From the NCBI GenBank assembly GCA_963832745.1, contig CAWHVC010000003.1, forward strand, positions 384,001 through 448,000: a stretch of 64,000 nucleotides of DNA, written 5' to 3'. The position numbers and the translations under genes were made by a program. The notes beneath the pieces were generated by a model. The model was given only the letters and a program-made list of their open reading frames with translations, had not been told where the DNA came from and did not search any database. The first letter of the stretch is position 1, and each line of letters begins with the position of its first letter. Positions 29,353 through 39,955 of this stretch are shown piece after piece. Origin of the DNA: Candidatus Bathyarchaeota archaeon. GTDB taxonomy: Archaea > Thermoproteota > Bathyarchaeia > Bathyarchaeales > Bathycorpusculaceae.

Positions 29353-30299
29353 ACAAGCTTGGAGTAGCAGTAATCGGAACAGGGTTCTGGGGAAAAAACC
29401 ACGCCCGAAACTACAAAGAACTTGAAAACACAAACTTAGTTGCAATTTGTGATGTTAGCCCTGAACGTGCCAAAACCATTGCAGACCAGTACGGCGCAAA
29501 AGCTTACACTGACAGCGCAGCCATGCTTAAAGACCCTGAAATTCAAGCCGTCAGCGTCTGCACATGGTCAACAAAACTCGCCGAAGAAGCTCTCAAATGC
29601 TTAAATGCAGGCAAACATGTGCTTGTTGAAAAACCCATGGCTACTGACACAAATCAAGCCCAAACACTACTAGACACAGCCAAAGCAAACGGCCTACATT
29701 TAACCGTTGGTTTTTTGATGCGTTTCATTCCGGGTTTGCAGCAGATTCGGCAAGCTGTAGAGTCTAAAAAAATCGGTGAACTGGTGTCTGCAACTGCTAA
29801 AAGGGTTACACAGTGGCCCGAAAGAATTGGAGACGTCGGCGTCGTAAAAGACACTGCAATTCATGATATTGATGTTATGCGTTTTATTTCCGGAGAGGAC
29901 CCAGTGAGCGTTTATGCTAAAATGGGCAATATGCGGCACCGCCAATTTGAGGATTACGCGCAAATCATGCTTACTTATGAGAGCGGCAAAACCGCCTTTA
30001 TCGAATCCAACTGGTTAACCCCATACAAGATTCGCTCGTTAAACGTAACGGGCAGCGAAGCCATCATGCGGCTGGATTATAACAGCCAAGAATTGTGGAT
30101 TGAAAACGCTAAAGAATCAGTGCAGCCAAGAATCCCCTTTGAGGAACCACTAAAAGCTGAGCTTAAACATTTTGCTGAATGCATCACTGAAAAGAAGAAA
30201 CCAATGATTACCGGCGAAGACGGATACAAAGCGTTAGAAATCGCGTTAGCAGCTATGGAGTCTTCAACTAAAAACACAATTATAAAACTTAACAAATAA
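29349..30299 (+). CDS. Gfo/Idh/MocA oxidoreductase (UDP-GlcNAc 3-dehydrogenase-like)
   Basis: GTGFWG, VLVEKP, DTAIHDID. Confidence 0.92.
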   Translation: MNKLGVAVIGTGFWGKNHARNYKELENTNLVAICDVSPERAKTIADQYGAKAYTDSAAMLKDPEIQAVSVCTWSTKLAEEALKCLNAGKHVLVEKPMATDTNQAQTLLDTAKANGLHLTVGFLMRFIPGLQQIRQAVESKKIGELVSATAKRVTQWPERIGDVGVVKDTAIHDIDVMRFISGEDPVSVYAKMGNMRHRQFEDYAQIMLTYESGKTAFIESNWLTPYKIRSLNVTGSEAIMRLDYNSQELWIENAKESVQPRIPFEEPLKAELKHFAECITEKKKPMITGEDGYKALEIALAAMESSTKNTIIKLNK

Positions 30300-30321
30300 T
30301 TGAAAAGTTGAAAAAAGCAGG

Positions 30322-30594
30322 TTAACCCTTTAGGTTAAAGGGTTTGCCTTCTTTAACTATATTTTCAGGAACCTGTTCTTTCCACTTCTTTAAGAACGGC
30401 AAGTCATCGGCTTCCTTGCGTAACTCGTCAGGAAGCATTTCAGGTATTTCGTCACGTATGGGGTACCACCGGTGACATTCTGGGCAAACGATTAAACCTT
30501 CGACGATTTCGTCTTTTTCCTCAAACACCAGCAAGTCAAGCGGGTGATGCTTGTCAATTGGGCAAGCGAGAATCTCCATTAATTTACGTTTCAT
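30322..30594 (-). CDS. Trm112 family methyltransferase activator
   Basis: MKRKLMEILACPIDK..EGLIVCPECHRWYPIRDEIPEML; start corrected to ATG30594. Confidence 0.92.
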   Translation of the reverse strand: MKRKLMEILACPIDKHHPLDLLVFEEKDEIVEGLIVCPECHRWYPIRDEIPEMLPDELRKEADDLPFLKKWKEQVPENIVKEGKPFNLKG

Positions 30595-30628
30595 GTTAGC
30601 GTCACATTGTATAGTTAAAACTTGTTTA

Positions 30629-31486
30629 CTATAAAAACTTGCTTGGCAAACCCGACACGCAAATATCAAGCACCGTTTGATACCAATAAGGACCAGTACT
30701 ACGAACAACACGAGAAAAACCAAAACTGTAGCTTACACCTAAAGCATCCAGGCATACAGCAACTTTTTGGCAGGTCCTCTCGATTGGGTCTTCCCCCTTA
30801 GCGGCATGCTGAAAATCGAAATAGTGAATCCACCCTCCAGACGGTTTTAAAGCCATTAAAGCGTACGGCAGATACTCAAGCGCTAACTCTGGCAACGGCA
30901 TCAAAACACGGTCAGCCATGCCCTGTAGTTGCAAGGAAATGATTTCTTTTGCGTCACCCAACACGGGAACTACTTGGTTAACTACTCGGTTGAGCCGAAC
31001 GTTTTCCTGCATGCAAGCATAAGCGGTTGGGTTAACGTCGATAGAGTAAACTTTAGAGCCAGAAGCTTTGGCGATTAATATTGAGAAGCAGCCGACACCT
31101 GAAAACATGTTTACCACTACTTCGCCCCGCGTTACAAGGCTTGGTATTCTTTGGTGTTCAAGCAGTAGCCGTGGTGAAATGTAGCATTTCTCAACATCCA
31201 CTCGAAAAAGACAGCCGTGCTCCTTATGAACCGTAACCGTACGGTTTTCGCCCGCCAAAAACTTTAGCTGCCTAACCCTAAAATCGCCTTGAACAGCGCT
31301 GGTTTGCATGAAAACCGCTTTGATTTTGCGGGGGTAAAGCTTCATTATCGCTTCTGCTGCTTTCTTTGCGTTTTCAGCATCGTCATTTGGAGCTTTGATT
31401 ACTGCTATGTCGCCTACGATATCATAAGAATTGTAAACTTTAGTCGAGTCCAAGGTGTTAACTCTTGCTTTTAGCCTTTGACGCAT
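30629..31486 (-). CDS. Trm5/Taw2 family SAM-dependent tRNA-modifying transferase
   Basis: YDIVGDIAV, HKEHGC, NMFSGVG, DVNP, MPLP. Confidence 0.88.
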   Translation of the reverse strand: MRQRLKARVNTLDSTKVYNSYDIVGDIAVIKAPNDDAENAKKAAEAIMKLYPRKIKAVFMQTSAVQGDFRVRQLKFLAGENRTVTVHKEHGCLFRVDVEKCYISPRLLLEHQRIPSLVTRGEVVVNMFSGVGCFSILIAKASGSKVYSIDVNPTAYACMQENVRLNRVVNQVVPVLGDAKEIISLQLQGMADRVLMPLPELALEYLPYALMALKPSGGWIHYFDFQHAAKGEDPIERTCQKVAVCLDALGVSYSFGFSRVVRSTGPYWYQTVLDICVSGLPSKFL

Positions 31487-31555
31487 TTTAATCTCTTTGT
31501 TTATTGGAAATGTTTAAAAGTAAAATGCTTTTCTTTGTAGGAAGAGGCGTTTCCA

Positions 31556-31717
31556 ATGGAAAAATCAGGAATTGTTTATGAATGTATGCGTTGCGGTGCA
31601 AAAGTACCATCTGAAGAGTTAGAACTCCGCGGTGGAGAAACAAAATGCATCATCTGCGGTTACCGCATTTTAAAGAAAGTAAAACCGCCAGTAGTTAAAA
31701 GAGTTCAATCAAGATAA
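31556..31717 (+). CDS. rpoP: RNA polymerase subunit Rpo12 (RpoP); not in ORF track
   Basis: MEKSGIVYECMRCG...KCIICGYRILKKVKPPVVKRV. Confidence 0.93.
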   Translation: MEKSGIVYECMRCGAKVPSEELELRGGETKCIICGYRILKKVKPPVVKRVQSR

Positions 31718-31770
31718 AAACATGGAAACTCGCTCAAGCGGCGAGCAAACCAATTTTTTAAATAAAAATT

Positions 31771-32094
31771 TTAATAAAAATCATCGTCTTCGTCGCGACG
31801 GCTGAGTTTGCGCAATGCCTTTCCTTTAAGATGGACATTCGTTGGTTTTGGGTCATCTACGAGTAAATCGTCAGGTTCACGTTCGACGGTTTTTCTTTTT
31901 ACTGTTTCGCCACATATTCCTTCGGGTAGCAAACGTCGCTTAAAGCACATTGCATAGGTACATTTTGCAACGTTACAGTATTCGTCACCGTCTTTGCACC
32001 AGACACCATCTCGTCTGAACCAAGCGGCATTTTTCCCACACTTAAAAGATGAGCACGATGGTGAACAAGCTTTTGATTGAGCCAACAGATACAC
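31771..32094 (-). CDS. Cys-rich hypothetical protein
   Basis: Eight Cys in N-terminal two-thirds. Confidence 0.7.
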   Translation of the reverse strand: MYLLAQSKACSPSCSSFKCGKNAAWFRRDGVWCKDGDEYCNVAKCTYAMCFKRRLLPEGICGETVKRKTVEREPDDLLVDDPKPTNVHLKGKALRKLSRRDEDDDFY

Positions 32095-32262
32095 CTCAAG
32101 TTGCTTTCAAAATCTAAAGCGTCAGTATTTTTTTGTATTCCTTAGCTTTTACCTTCCGTTAAACAAAATATAAACTTTATTGTAATTCAATCACGATTAG
32201 GACATCACAATCCTTGAGGAGAAGAAACTGTTTAGGAAAGGAAACATTATAAAAACACGTTT

Positions 32263-33258
32263 ATGGTATCTATTGGCAATTCATCTTTGGAATGTGCCGT
32301 ATTGGAACAAACAATTCCAGACCAGCTTGTAGCGACCCTGAAGAAACAAAAATATCACCTCATAGGCAACCATTCCGCAGTTAAACGCTGTAAATGGCTA
32401 TATGAATCATTAGTTAACGGCAGAGTCTGCTACAAAGAAAAGTTTTACGGCATAAAAAGTCACCAATGCCTCCAAATGACCCCGTCACTGTACTACTGCA
32501 CGCAGCAGTGCCTGTTTTGTTGGCGGGCTCAAAGCGGCGATTTGCAGGTTACATGGGACGAAATGAAACTGCCCCCGCTAAACCAGCCTGAAGAAATCGT
32601 GACGGCAAGCATTAAGGCGCAAGAAAAAATTTTAAGCGGCTACAAAGGGCACCAAAGAGTGGATTGGCGCAAGCTTACCGAAGCCTATCAACCTAGAAAC
32701 GTGGCAATCAGCTTAACAGGTGAACCTACACTTTATCCAAGCATCAGCGAGTTGCTTAGAACCTATAGTCAGAAGGGATTTACTACTTTTCTTGTTACAA
32801 ACGGAACCCTTCCGGGCAGGTTGTCAAAATTAAGTCAGGAACCAACACAACTGTATATTTCCTTATGTGCGCCAAATGAGCAGGTTTACAAGCAGGTTTG
32901 TCGTCCACTTATGCCTAACGCTTGGGGCTTTCTTAACGATTCTTTGGAGCTGTTTCAAAGCTTCAAATGCCGAACAGCACTGAGGATGACTCTTGTTAAA
33001 AACCATAACATGAGCAACATCGATCAGTACGCTAAACTGGTTGAGAAGGCCAATCCAACCTTTATCGAAGCAAAAGCATACATGCATATTGGTTTTTCGA
33101 ATTTGCGGCTGGGTTTTGACGATATGCCTAATCTTGAGGAAGTCAGGGCGTTTGCTGAAGCGTTGGCGGAGAAAACAGGCTACAGCGTGATAGATGAATC
33201 ATCAGATAGCCGTGTTGTTTTGCTTAGCCGCAAGGGTGCAAATAGCAAGCAAGCATAA
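32263..33258 (+). CDS. taw1: 4-demethylwyosine synthase (radical SAM)
   Basis: HSAVKRCKW, CYKEKFYGIKSHQC, CTQQCLFCWR, SLTGEP. Confidence 0.96.
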   Translation: MVSIGNSSLECAVLEQTIPDQLVATLKKQKYHLIGNHSAVKRCKWLYESLVNGRVCYKEKFYGIKSHQCLQMTPSLYYCTQQCLFCWRAQSGDLQVTWDEMKLPPLNQPEEIVTASIKAQEKILSGYKGHQRVDWRKLTEAYQPRNVAISLTGEPTLYPSISELLRTYSQKGFTTFLVTNGTLPGRLSKLSQEPTQLYISLCAPNEQVYKQVCRPLMPNAWGFLNDSLELFQSFKCRTALRMTLVKNHNMSNIDQYAKLVEKANPTFIEAKAYMHIGFSNLRLGFDDMPNLEEVRAFAEALAEKTGYSVIDESSDSRVVLLSRKGANSKQA

Positions 33259-33403
33259 TGCTCAGAAATTTAAGCGTTAAAATGCAAATAATTCATTTTA
33301 AACAGTTTTTTTACTTCGTTAAAAGTAGCTTTAGGATAAACTTAAATAGCAATTATACAGCCTAAATTAAACTAGGCATTTAATTTAGCGGTGGTGACGC
33401 TGG

Positions 33404-33601
33404 GTGGTAAGCGAAGGAAGAGGACGCTTGTTTAGAAGAAAGGATGGAAAATATTTAGTTTATATTCCCAAAGATCTCGCCGAGGACAGCATGTTCCCAT
33501 TCAAAGGTGCTGACTCAATATTTGTAAAAGTAAGCTTCACATTAGGAGACCATGAACTCGTAATTGAAGAATGGAAAGGTTCCGAGCAAACTGAAGAGTA
33601 A
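33404..33601 (+). CDS. AbrB/SpoVT-like small DNA-binding protein
   Basis: KYLVYIPKDLAEDSMFPFK; GGTGGTGA RBS. Confidence 0.75.
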   Translation: MVSEGRGRLFRRKDGKYLVYIPKDLAEDSMFPFKGADSIFVKVSFTLGDHELVIEEWKGSEQTEE

Positions 33602-33687
33602 GCCTCAAAAAGACTACCCCCAGTTTTTCTTATTTTTTTAAAACGGATAAATAAGAAGCCGCTTTAACTATTCTTAAAGGTGAAACC

Positions 33688-34314
33688 TTGGCTACCCTAA
33701 AAGCTGTCCTTGAAGAAGTAAAACAGGACTTAATGCAGAAAGACAAAATCCATGAAGAAACACATGAAGACATGCGTAAAGCAACCAGTCTATCCAAACA
33801 GGCAATCCTTCTGATTCATCAAAAAAAGCAGGCTGAAGCAGAAAAAATGCTCAATGAAGCAACACAAAAAATTGCCAACCTGCAAGTTTGCGCCAAACAG
33901 TACCCTGACATAATCTACAGCGGCATGTTTAGCGCTGCACTTCAAGAATACGCTGAAGCCAACATTTTCTTAACACTGATAAAAGAAAATAGATTTGTTA
34001 CGCCCAAAGAAATCAATGTACCCTCCATTGACTACACACTGGGCTTAGCGGACGTCGTAGGCGAATACAGGCGTTTAGCCCTTGATGCACTTAGGGAAGG
34101 AGACGCAAAAAAAGGGGAAGAATGCCTCAAAGTGATGGATGAAATCTTTATCGAACTACTCGCTCTTGATGAAGCATACATGCTCGTACCTGGATTAAGA
34201 CGAAAATCCGATGTTGCAAGAAAAATAATTGAGACAACACGCGGCGACATTACACAAGAAGTAAGACGCAAATCACTTGAAGACTACCTAAAACGTTTCG
34301 AGCCAACCAACTAA
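33688..34314 (+). CDS. Translin family (C3PO-like) protein
   Basis: QEYAEA, YTLGLADVVGE..R, LRRKSD. Confidence 0.92.
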   Translation: MATLKAVLEEVKQDLMQKDKIHEETHEDMRKATSLSKQAILLIHQKKQAEAEKMLNEATQKIANLQVCAKQYPDIIYSGMFSAALQEYAEANIFLTLIKENRFVTPKEINVPSIDYTLGLADVVGEYRRLALDALREGDAKKGEECLKVMDEIFIELLALDEAYMLVPGLRRKSDVARKIIETTRGDITQEVRRKSLEDYLKRFEPTN

Positions 34315-34730
34315 ACCCAAAAAGCAGACAAGAAAAGCGAAAACTTGAAAACCCAAGCAATTTTTCTATCCAAAAAGCCCGTCATATTCAAACTTGTTTA
34401 GCCCAAAAAGTAATCAAGCAAAACATCCGTCTACAGAAAATTCTAAATGTAAGCCCAATTTATGAATAACCCAATTATCAAGTTGTAAACCACAAACAGT
34501 GCCAGAAAGTTAAATTTTCGTGCATAATGTTGCCAGCTATAGTAATTTAAATTCAACGTAATATAGGGAAGTATTTAAGAAAAAAATTGGTAAAATAATA
34601 CTTATCGTTCATTTTAGCTGCATAAAAAATGCCTTTAGACTTGTTATAGCAAAAATTTATATATTGACTTACTTAAATACAATAAATATGTTTTCATGTA
34701 AAATTAATATAAAAAACGGAGAACTATAAG

Positions 34731-35133
34731 CTGAAAAAGATATTTTTAGGAGTATAGGTGTGACTTTAGTTGCAGTGTTGTCTTTGACTGTTTTTCCAGC
34801 ATTTGTGCAGGCGGCAGGACATCGATATGTAGAATACGGAGACAGTGCGACTTTAAGCTGGTCAATAAATTCGTGGGTTGATTGCTACTGGGACGACAAT
34901 TATGTCATCAATCAACCGCAATCAACCAAAGGTCATTATTCTTCGGCCAATGGTATTACGGTCTTCTGTACGGAAAATTTCTGGGACAATGCGGAAAACA
35001 GCTATACATTATATGGGAATGTTGTGAGGCAACATTTGACTCGCTCATCGGCGACACTTGGCATATCTACACAGAGGCTTGGTGTAGCCCCGCATACCCT
35101 CTATCATATGGTGGCGAGTGTAGATACTTTTGA
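34731..35133 (+). CDS. Small secreted Trp/Tyr/Cys-rich protein (apparent frameshifts near 34753 and 35016)
   Basis: Signal peptide ending VQAA; C-terminus from the 34882 frame (..WHIYTEAWCSPAYPLSYGGECRYF*) stops in a TTGA overlap with the next gene. Confidence 0.5.
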
Positions 35134-36006
35134 TACGAAAGCCAATCTTAGCAGTGTTTTGCGCGCTGCTTTGCCTACTCCCCCTTCATTTTTCTTTTTC
35201 TGTAGCCAGCGCAATTAATGATCCTTTGCCTTCAACTTTTCACGTTACATTTCAAGGCTACATGCAAGCGCCCTCAGGCTCATCTTCAACTGATGATGCC
35301 CCAGTTTTGACCTTGCAATTCTTGAACGGAACAATTTATAAGGCTGAAACCACGCGTTTCACTTTCTCTATGGACGAATCACCAAAAGGCGAATGTATTG
35401 CAAAGTTTACACTCTTATTTGGCGATTTTTATGACGAAATATCTTTACCTGCAAGTGTTTCAAATGGTCGTGTTTTTATAGACTCCATTCCAACAGTATT
35501 TGTTGTTAGTCCAGATTCTTTAATCGATGATAACACTATTGAAATTTATCGAACAGAGAACATATCGCTCTCGGGCACTGTTTCAGGTGAAGGAAGACCA
35601 TCAACTTTAAATTGAGGATTATCACGTCTTTTCAAAAGTAGTTCGAGCTTCATACGAACAAACTGATTCAGGGATGTTTGTCTCGTCTCCTCTGTTAACT
35701 TTTGATTCAAAAACAGGTATACTTACTAGCGCTACAGGTCAATTTAGTGATGTGCTTTTAAACAAGTTAGGAGTGTCCTTTATTTTTGGCGGACTTTTTG
35801 ATTTACTGGATTATTCCGAAAATTTAAATTTCACTTTAGTACGCCTTTCTCCACCATTTGAGCTCATTATATTACCTGCAGTGGGAATATTGTTTGTTTT
35901 AGTAGTGTCGTTAGCCTATAGATCCACAAAAAAACGAAGAGCTGCAGGCAAATCCTACTCAAAAAATTCATTAAAATCCGCCACTCAGGATATAAAAAGA
36001 CGGTAG
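35130..36006 (+). CDS. Secreted protein with C-terminal TM anchor (frameshift near 35608)
   Basis: 35130-35615 and 35674-36006 join by removing one A (TL-IEDYHVF..SGMFVSS); TM plus RSTKKRR tail. Confidence 0.65.
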
Positions 36007-36015
36007 GTACACGTT

Positions 36016-36942
36016 ATGGCCTCTGAAGTTATTGGTGAATTTAAGTCTGTGAAAAAGCGGTTTAATGCTACAGTGGCACTTGATAACCTTAGTATGAAAG
36101 TGTATCGGGGAATTAATGGATTGATTGGCCCGAATGGGGCCGGTAAAACAACGGCCATACGATTAAGTTTGGGGTTAATTAAGCCTGATGATGGTAAAGC
36201 CGAGTTATTTGGGTTTGATTGTTGGAGCAATTCTTATGCTGTTCGTCGTAAGGTAGGTGTTTTGTATGAAAAGCTTGCTTTTTATGATAATCTTTCTGGG
36301 CTAGAGCAGTTAAAGTTAATGGCTAAGCTAAAGGGTGTGGGTGAGCCTTTAATTGAGATTAAAGAACTTTTGAAGCTTGTTGAGCTTGACGAGACTGCTC
36401 ATGATAGACGGATTGGCGGTTACTCAGCAGGTATGCGCCAAAGACTTGGGCTTGCACAGGCGCTTTTGGGCAATCCAGAGCTTGTGATTCTAGATGAACC
36501 TACTGCTAATTTAGACCCATTGAATCGTACAAAGGTCCTTGAGCTTTTATCGGTTTTGAATAAAGAGAAGGGCACGTCTTTTTTGATTTCAAGCCACATA
36601 TTACCTGAGCTTGAAAAAGTGTGCAATACTTTTGTTTTAATGGATAAGGGTAAAATGTTGCGTCAGGGGTCAATAGAGCAAATGTTTGATAACTCTTCTT
36701 TAGTGAATTTTATTGTTAAGGTGAAACCTGTTGAACCTTTGTTGACTCTTTTGAAAGATGAAAAGTATGTTGAGAACCTGTTAGTGATTGATGATTCTTT
36801 GCATGTGACAGTGAATGATGCTGTGCTGTTTAAGCAGCGTTTGCCTTTGCTTATAAGTCAAGAGGGGTCTTCTTTGGATGAGTTTAAAATCGTAAAGTCT
36901 GATTTGGAGTCAATCTTTAGATCAGCCGTTGAGGGGGTTTAA
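36016..36942 (+). CDS. ABC-2 type exporter ATP-binding subunit
   Basis: GPNGAGKT, YSAGMRQR, ILDEPT, SSH. Confidence 0.96.
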   Translation: MASEVIGEFKSVKKRFNATVALDNLSMKVYRGINGLIGPNGAGKTTAIRLSLGLIKPDDGKAELFGFDCWSNSYAVRRKVGVLYEKLAFYDNLSGLEQLKLMAKLKGVGEPLIEIKELLKLVELDETAHDRRIGGYSAGMRQRLGLAQALLGNPELVILDEPTANLDPLNRTKVLELLSVLNKEKGTSFLISSHILPELEKVCNTFVLMDKGKMLRQGSIEQMFDNSSLVNFIVKVKPVEPLLTLLKDEKYVENLLVIDDSLHVTVNDAVLFKQRLPLLISQEGSSLDEFKIVKSDLESIFRSAVEGV

Positions 36943-36947
36943 AGAGT

Positions 36948-37778
36948 TTGTCGGTTAAAACAGGTTTGGCATTATTGAAAGCTGAGATGGGTAAAGTTTG
37001 GGGTAGACCGATATTGGAGATTACGATTGCCCTTATGGCTATATTGTCCGTTTCTTCAATCAGACCTTTTACTTATATTGTTGAACAATCTACTTCTTCA
37101 GCTTTTTTTCAATCTATGGTAGCAGAGGGTATTGGTGCTGCAGTAGTCTCGTTGATGTTGCCTTTGATACTTATGTGTGCGATTTTAATTTCTTTGTCTT
37201 TTGCTAGAGATTATGAGCAAGGGTTAATGCAGTCGCTTTTATCTTTGCCAGTATCGCGCAGATTACTTTTCACAACGAAGTTTATTGCAGTAATTCTACC
37301 ATTAAGCTTGCTTTCTTGGTTTTTTACATCCTTCTTCGCAGGAATTACTTTTTATTCAAACCCGTTGCTTGTTTTACAGCTTTCATTTATTGCTCTTCCT
37401 GTTTCACTATTATTTTTGATGTTTTGTGGAGGTATCAGTGTTTTAATTGCTTTAATGATAAAGCGTACCATACCCTCCGTGCTGGCGGGGATGCTTACAA
37501 ACTTTTTCTTCTGGTTCATAGCATCGGTAAACTCTAATTATGCAAACTCACTTGGAGAAGATTTTGCTAATTATTTGTGTTTAACACCTTATAAGGGATC
37601 GCTTGTCTTTTTGGATAAATTACTGGGTATAGAGAATAATGTAGCACCCTCATTTGTAAACTCACTCCAGAATAGTCTTTCGGTGGATAGTTTTGGTGTT
37701 TTATCGGTTTTTTATGCTTGTGTATTTGTCATTCCAACGTGTATTTATTTCTGCAGGAGGTTTGAAATACGCGAATAA
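36948..37778 (+). CDS. ABC-2 type exporter permease
   Basis: Six TM helices, DYEQG...LSLPVSR..LFTTKF. Confidence 0.92.
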   Translation: MSVKTGLALLKAEMGKVWGRPILEITIALMAILSVSSIRPFTYIVEQSTSSAFFQSMVAEGIGAAVVSLMLPLILMCAILISLSFARDYEQGLMQSLLSLPVSRRLLFTTKFIAVILPLSLLSWFFTSFFAGITFYSNPLLVLQLSFIALPVSLLFLMFCGGISVLIALMIKRTIPSVLAGMLTNFFFWFIASVNSNYANSLGEDFANYLCLTPYKGSLVFLDKLLGIENNVAPSFVNSLQNSLSVDSFGVLSVFYACVFVIPTCIYFCRRFEIRE

Positions 37779-38321
37779 ATTTTTTAAGGATTGGTTTAAT
37801 TCTGATGATCCTTGGCGCATTCTTACCGTTTTATTTTTGGACCGCTCCCCTGCCAATATATGGATTAGCAAGTATTGGGACAGCCGAACCAAACGAAACT
37901 TGGAGTTATAGCAAATTTTTGCCTCCTGTTGGTGTAGGAACCATTAAGGTAGGATACAATTTAGAAACGGGTAGATCCTCCTCAGCTACGATCACGCGGA
38001 AGTAGTGCTGCCTATTCATTTGGTAGTTACTAGTCCGTCGAATGTGACTTTAGTTGACGTAGAGGGTGTTAAGCCACATTGGTTCAAATAAATTTTGAGC
38101 GTTGGGAACATGGTGTTCATTGAACAAACATGGCGATGAAATTCTGTGGAACATGCCGAATGGTAGAAATTTTCCAAGAGACAATAACGGTTGTAAATAG
38201 AGAAAATGACAAGTTTCTTATTAGCATAATTTTAACGGTAAGTGGATTAGTGCTTTTTTGTTTAGGCTTAATCACATCTTTATTTTCAAAAAGCAAAACG
38301 GATAGGTACAAAAAATTATAA
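37762..38321 (+). pseudogene. Membrane-anchored protein broken by several frameshifts
   Basis: Fragments MKYANKF/RIGLILMILGAFL, YDHAEVVLPIHLVV and TM plus KSKTDRYKKL lie in different frames. Confidence 0.45.
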
Positions 38322-38491
38322 TATATGTTAACTTCGGGGTTTACTAAGTCGTTTGGTGGTATTGCCAGTGGAGCAACGACGCTATTTTGTATCGGAAAAC
38401 AAATGGCAACCAAAGAACACAACCGTTTAACCGCCGATTTAGAGCAAAAATAATATCTTAAAGTTCACCTAACGCTATGCAGTGAAAAAAT

Positions 38492-38846
38492 ATGGCTGCA
38501 CAGGAAAAAACGGAAAACAGCGGAAATAACATTTAGTGATTTCGAAAAACTTGACTTAAGAATCGGCAAAATCATAGAAGCAACCCCTGTTCCAGAATCC
38601 AAAAAACTAATCAAAATCCAAGCAGACTTTGGCACTGAAAAACGCCAATGCATCGCCGGCCTACTCAAATATTACAAGCCCGAAGACTTGGTAGGCAAAA
38701 AATTTGTGTTTCTACTTAACTTGCAACGCCGTATGATTGCAGGGCTTGAATCACAGGCAATGATACTTGCCGCTGAAGATGCTGCAGGTACCGTGTCAGT
38801 GTTGCAGCCGGAAAAAGACGTTGCTGAAGGCAGCAAAATCGGGTAA
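38492..38846 (+). CDS. tRNA-binding protein (Trbp111/CsaA/MetRS C-terminal OB fold); +1 frameshift near 38515; not in ORF track
   Basis: MAAQEKTE-TAEITFSDFEKLDLRIGKI...NLQRRMIAGLESQAMILAA. Confidence 0.88.
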
Positions 38847-38950
38847 GCAGGCAACACATTTTTTGCCTGTTCCAATTTTTAGGTTTAGGAAAAGTAAATT
38901 AATTATTTAGTTGGGATATTGTTAGTAATTTATTGTGGAAGGTTACGTTA

Positions 38951-39955
38951 ATGGCAGTTAATGAAGAAGCACTGATGTGGGTAGAAAAGTACCGTCCAAA
39001 AACCTTAGATGACGTAGTGGATTTACACGACATCGTAGAAAGTCTAAAAGCGTTTATGAGAAACCCAAAAACCATGCCGCACCTAATGCTTGCAGGCATA
39101 CCAGGCACAGGAAAAACTACAACTGCCTTATGCATTGCGCACGAACTATTTGGCATCCAAAACTGGAGAAACTTTACTTTGGAGCTTAATGCTTCAGACG
39201 AAAGAGGCATCGATACAGTTCGTGAACGCGTCAAAGATTTTTCACGTTACAGTCGCGGCGCGTTTGGAGATGTACCCTTTGCACTGGTTATTCTTGACGA
39301 ATGTGACCAAATGACTGGACCTGCCCAGACCGCACTTAGACGCATAATGGAAACCAGCAGTCGCACCTCAAGATTTATCCTAATTTGCAATCAATCAAGC
39401 AAAATCATTGAGCCTATACAGAGCAGATGCGCGATTTTTCGGTTCTCACGCCTTGACCGAAACGCAATGAAAGAGCATCTTCTATGTATTGCTAAAAAAG
39501 AAAAAGTTGATATTTCACCTGAAGCAGCAGAAAGAATAGTTGACTATTCTGAAGGCGATCTGCGTCATGCAATTAACGCCCTTCAAACTGCAGCAGCATA
39601 CAAGGAAGGTGGCGCAATTGACGAAAAAGTTGTTTCCCAAGTTATAGGTGAAGCCAGCCCCAAACAGGTCCAACTTATGCTTAACAAAGCCATTAACGGG
39701 GACTTTATGGAAGCCCGAAAAATCATGTATGACATCATAGGCACTTACGGTTTTACAGGGGGAGAAATTATTCGTCAAATGCAGCGGGAACTTTTCAAAA
39801 TCAGCTACATAACTCCTGAACAGAAAGCTGAACTCAGCAACATTTTGGGAGAATATGATTATCGTCTTACACAGGGAGCAAACAATGACATTCAGTTAAG
39901 TGCGCTTTTAGCCCAATTTGTCAAAGTGGGTAAAACTCAAGGGGAAATCAGTTGA
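38951..39955 (+). CDS. rfcS: Replication factor C small subunit
   Basis: WVEKYRP, GTGKTT, ELNASDERG, DECD, IQSRC. Confidence 0.97.
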   Translation: MAVNEEALMWVEKYRPKTLDDVVDLHDIVESLKAFMRNPKTMPHLMLAGIPGTGKTTTALCIAHELFGIQNWRNFTLELNASDERGIDTVRERVKDFSRYSRGAFGDVPFALVILDECDQMTGPAQTALRRIMETSSRTSRFILICNQSSKIIEPIQSRCAIFRFSRLDRNAMKEHLLCIAKKEKVDISPEAAERIVDYSEGDLRHAINALQTAAAYKEGGAIDEKVVSQVIGEASPKQVQLMLNKAINGDFMEARKIMYDIIGTYGFTGGEIIRQMQRELFKISYITPEQKAELSNILGEYDYRLTQGANNDIQLSALLAQFVKVGKTQGEIS

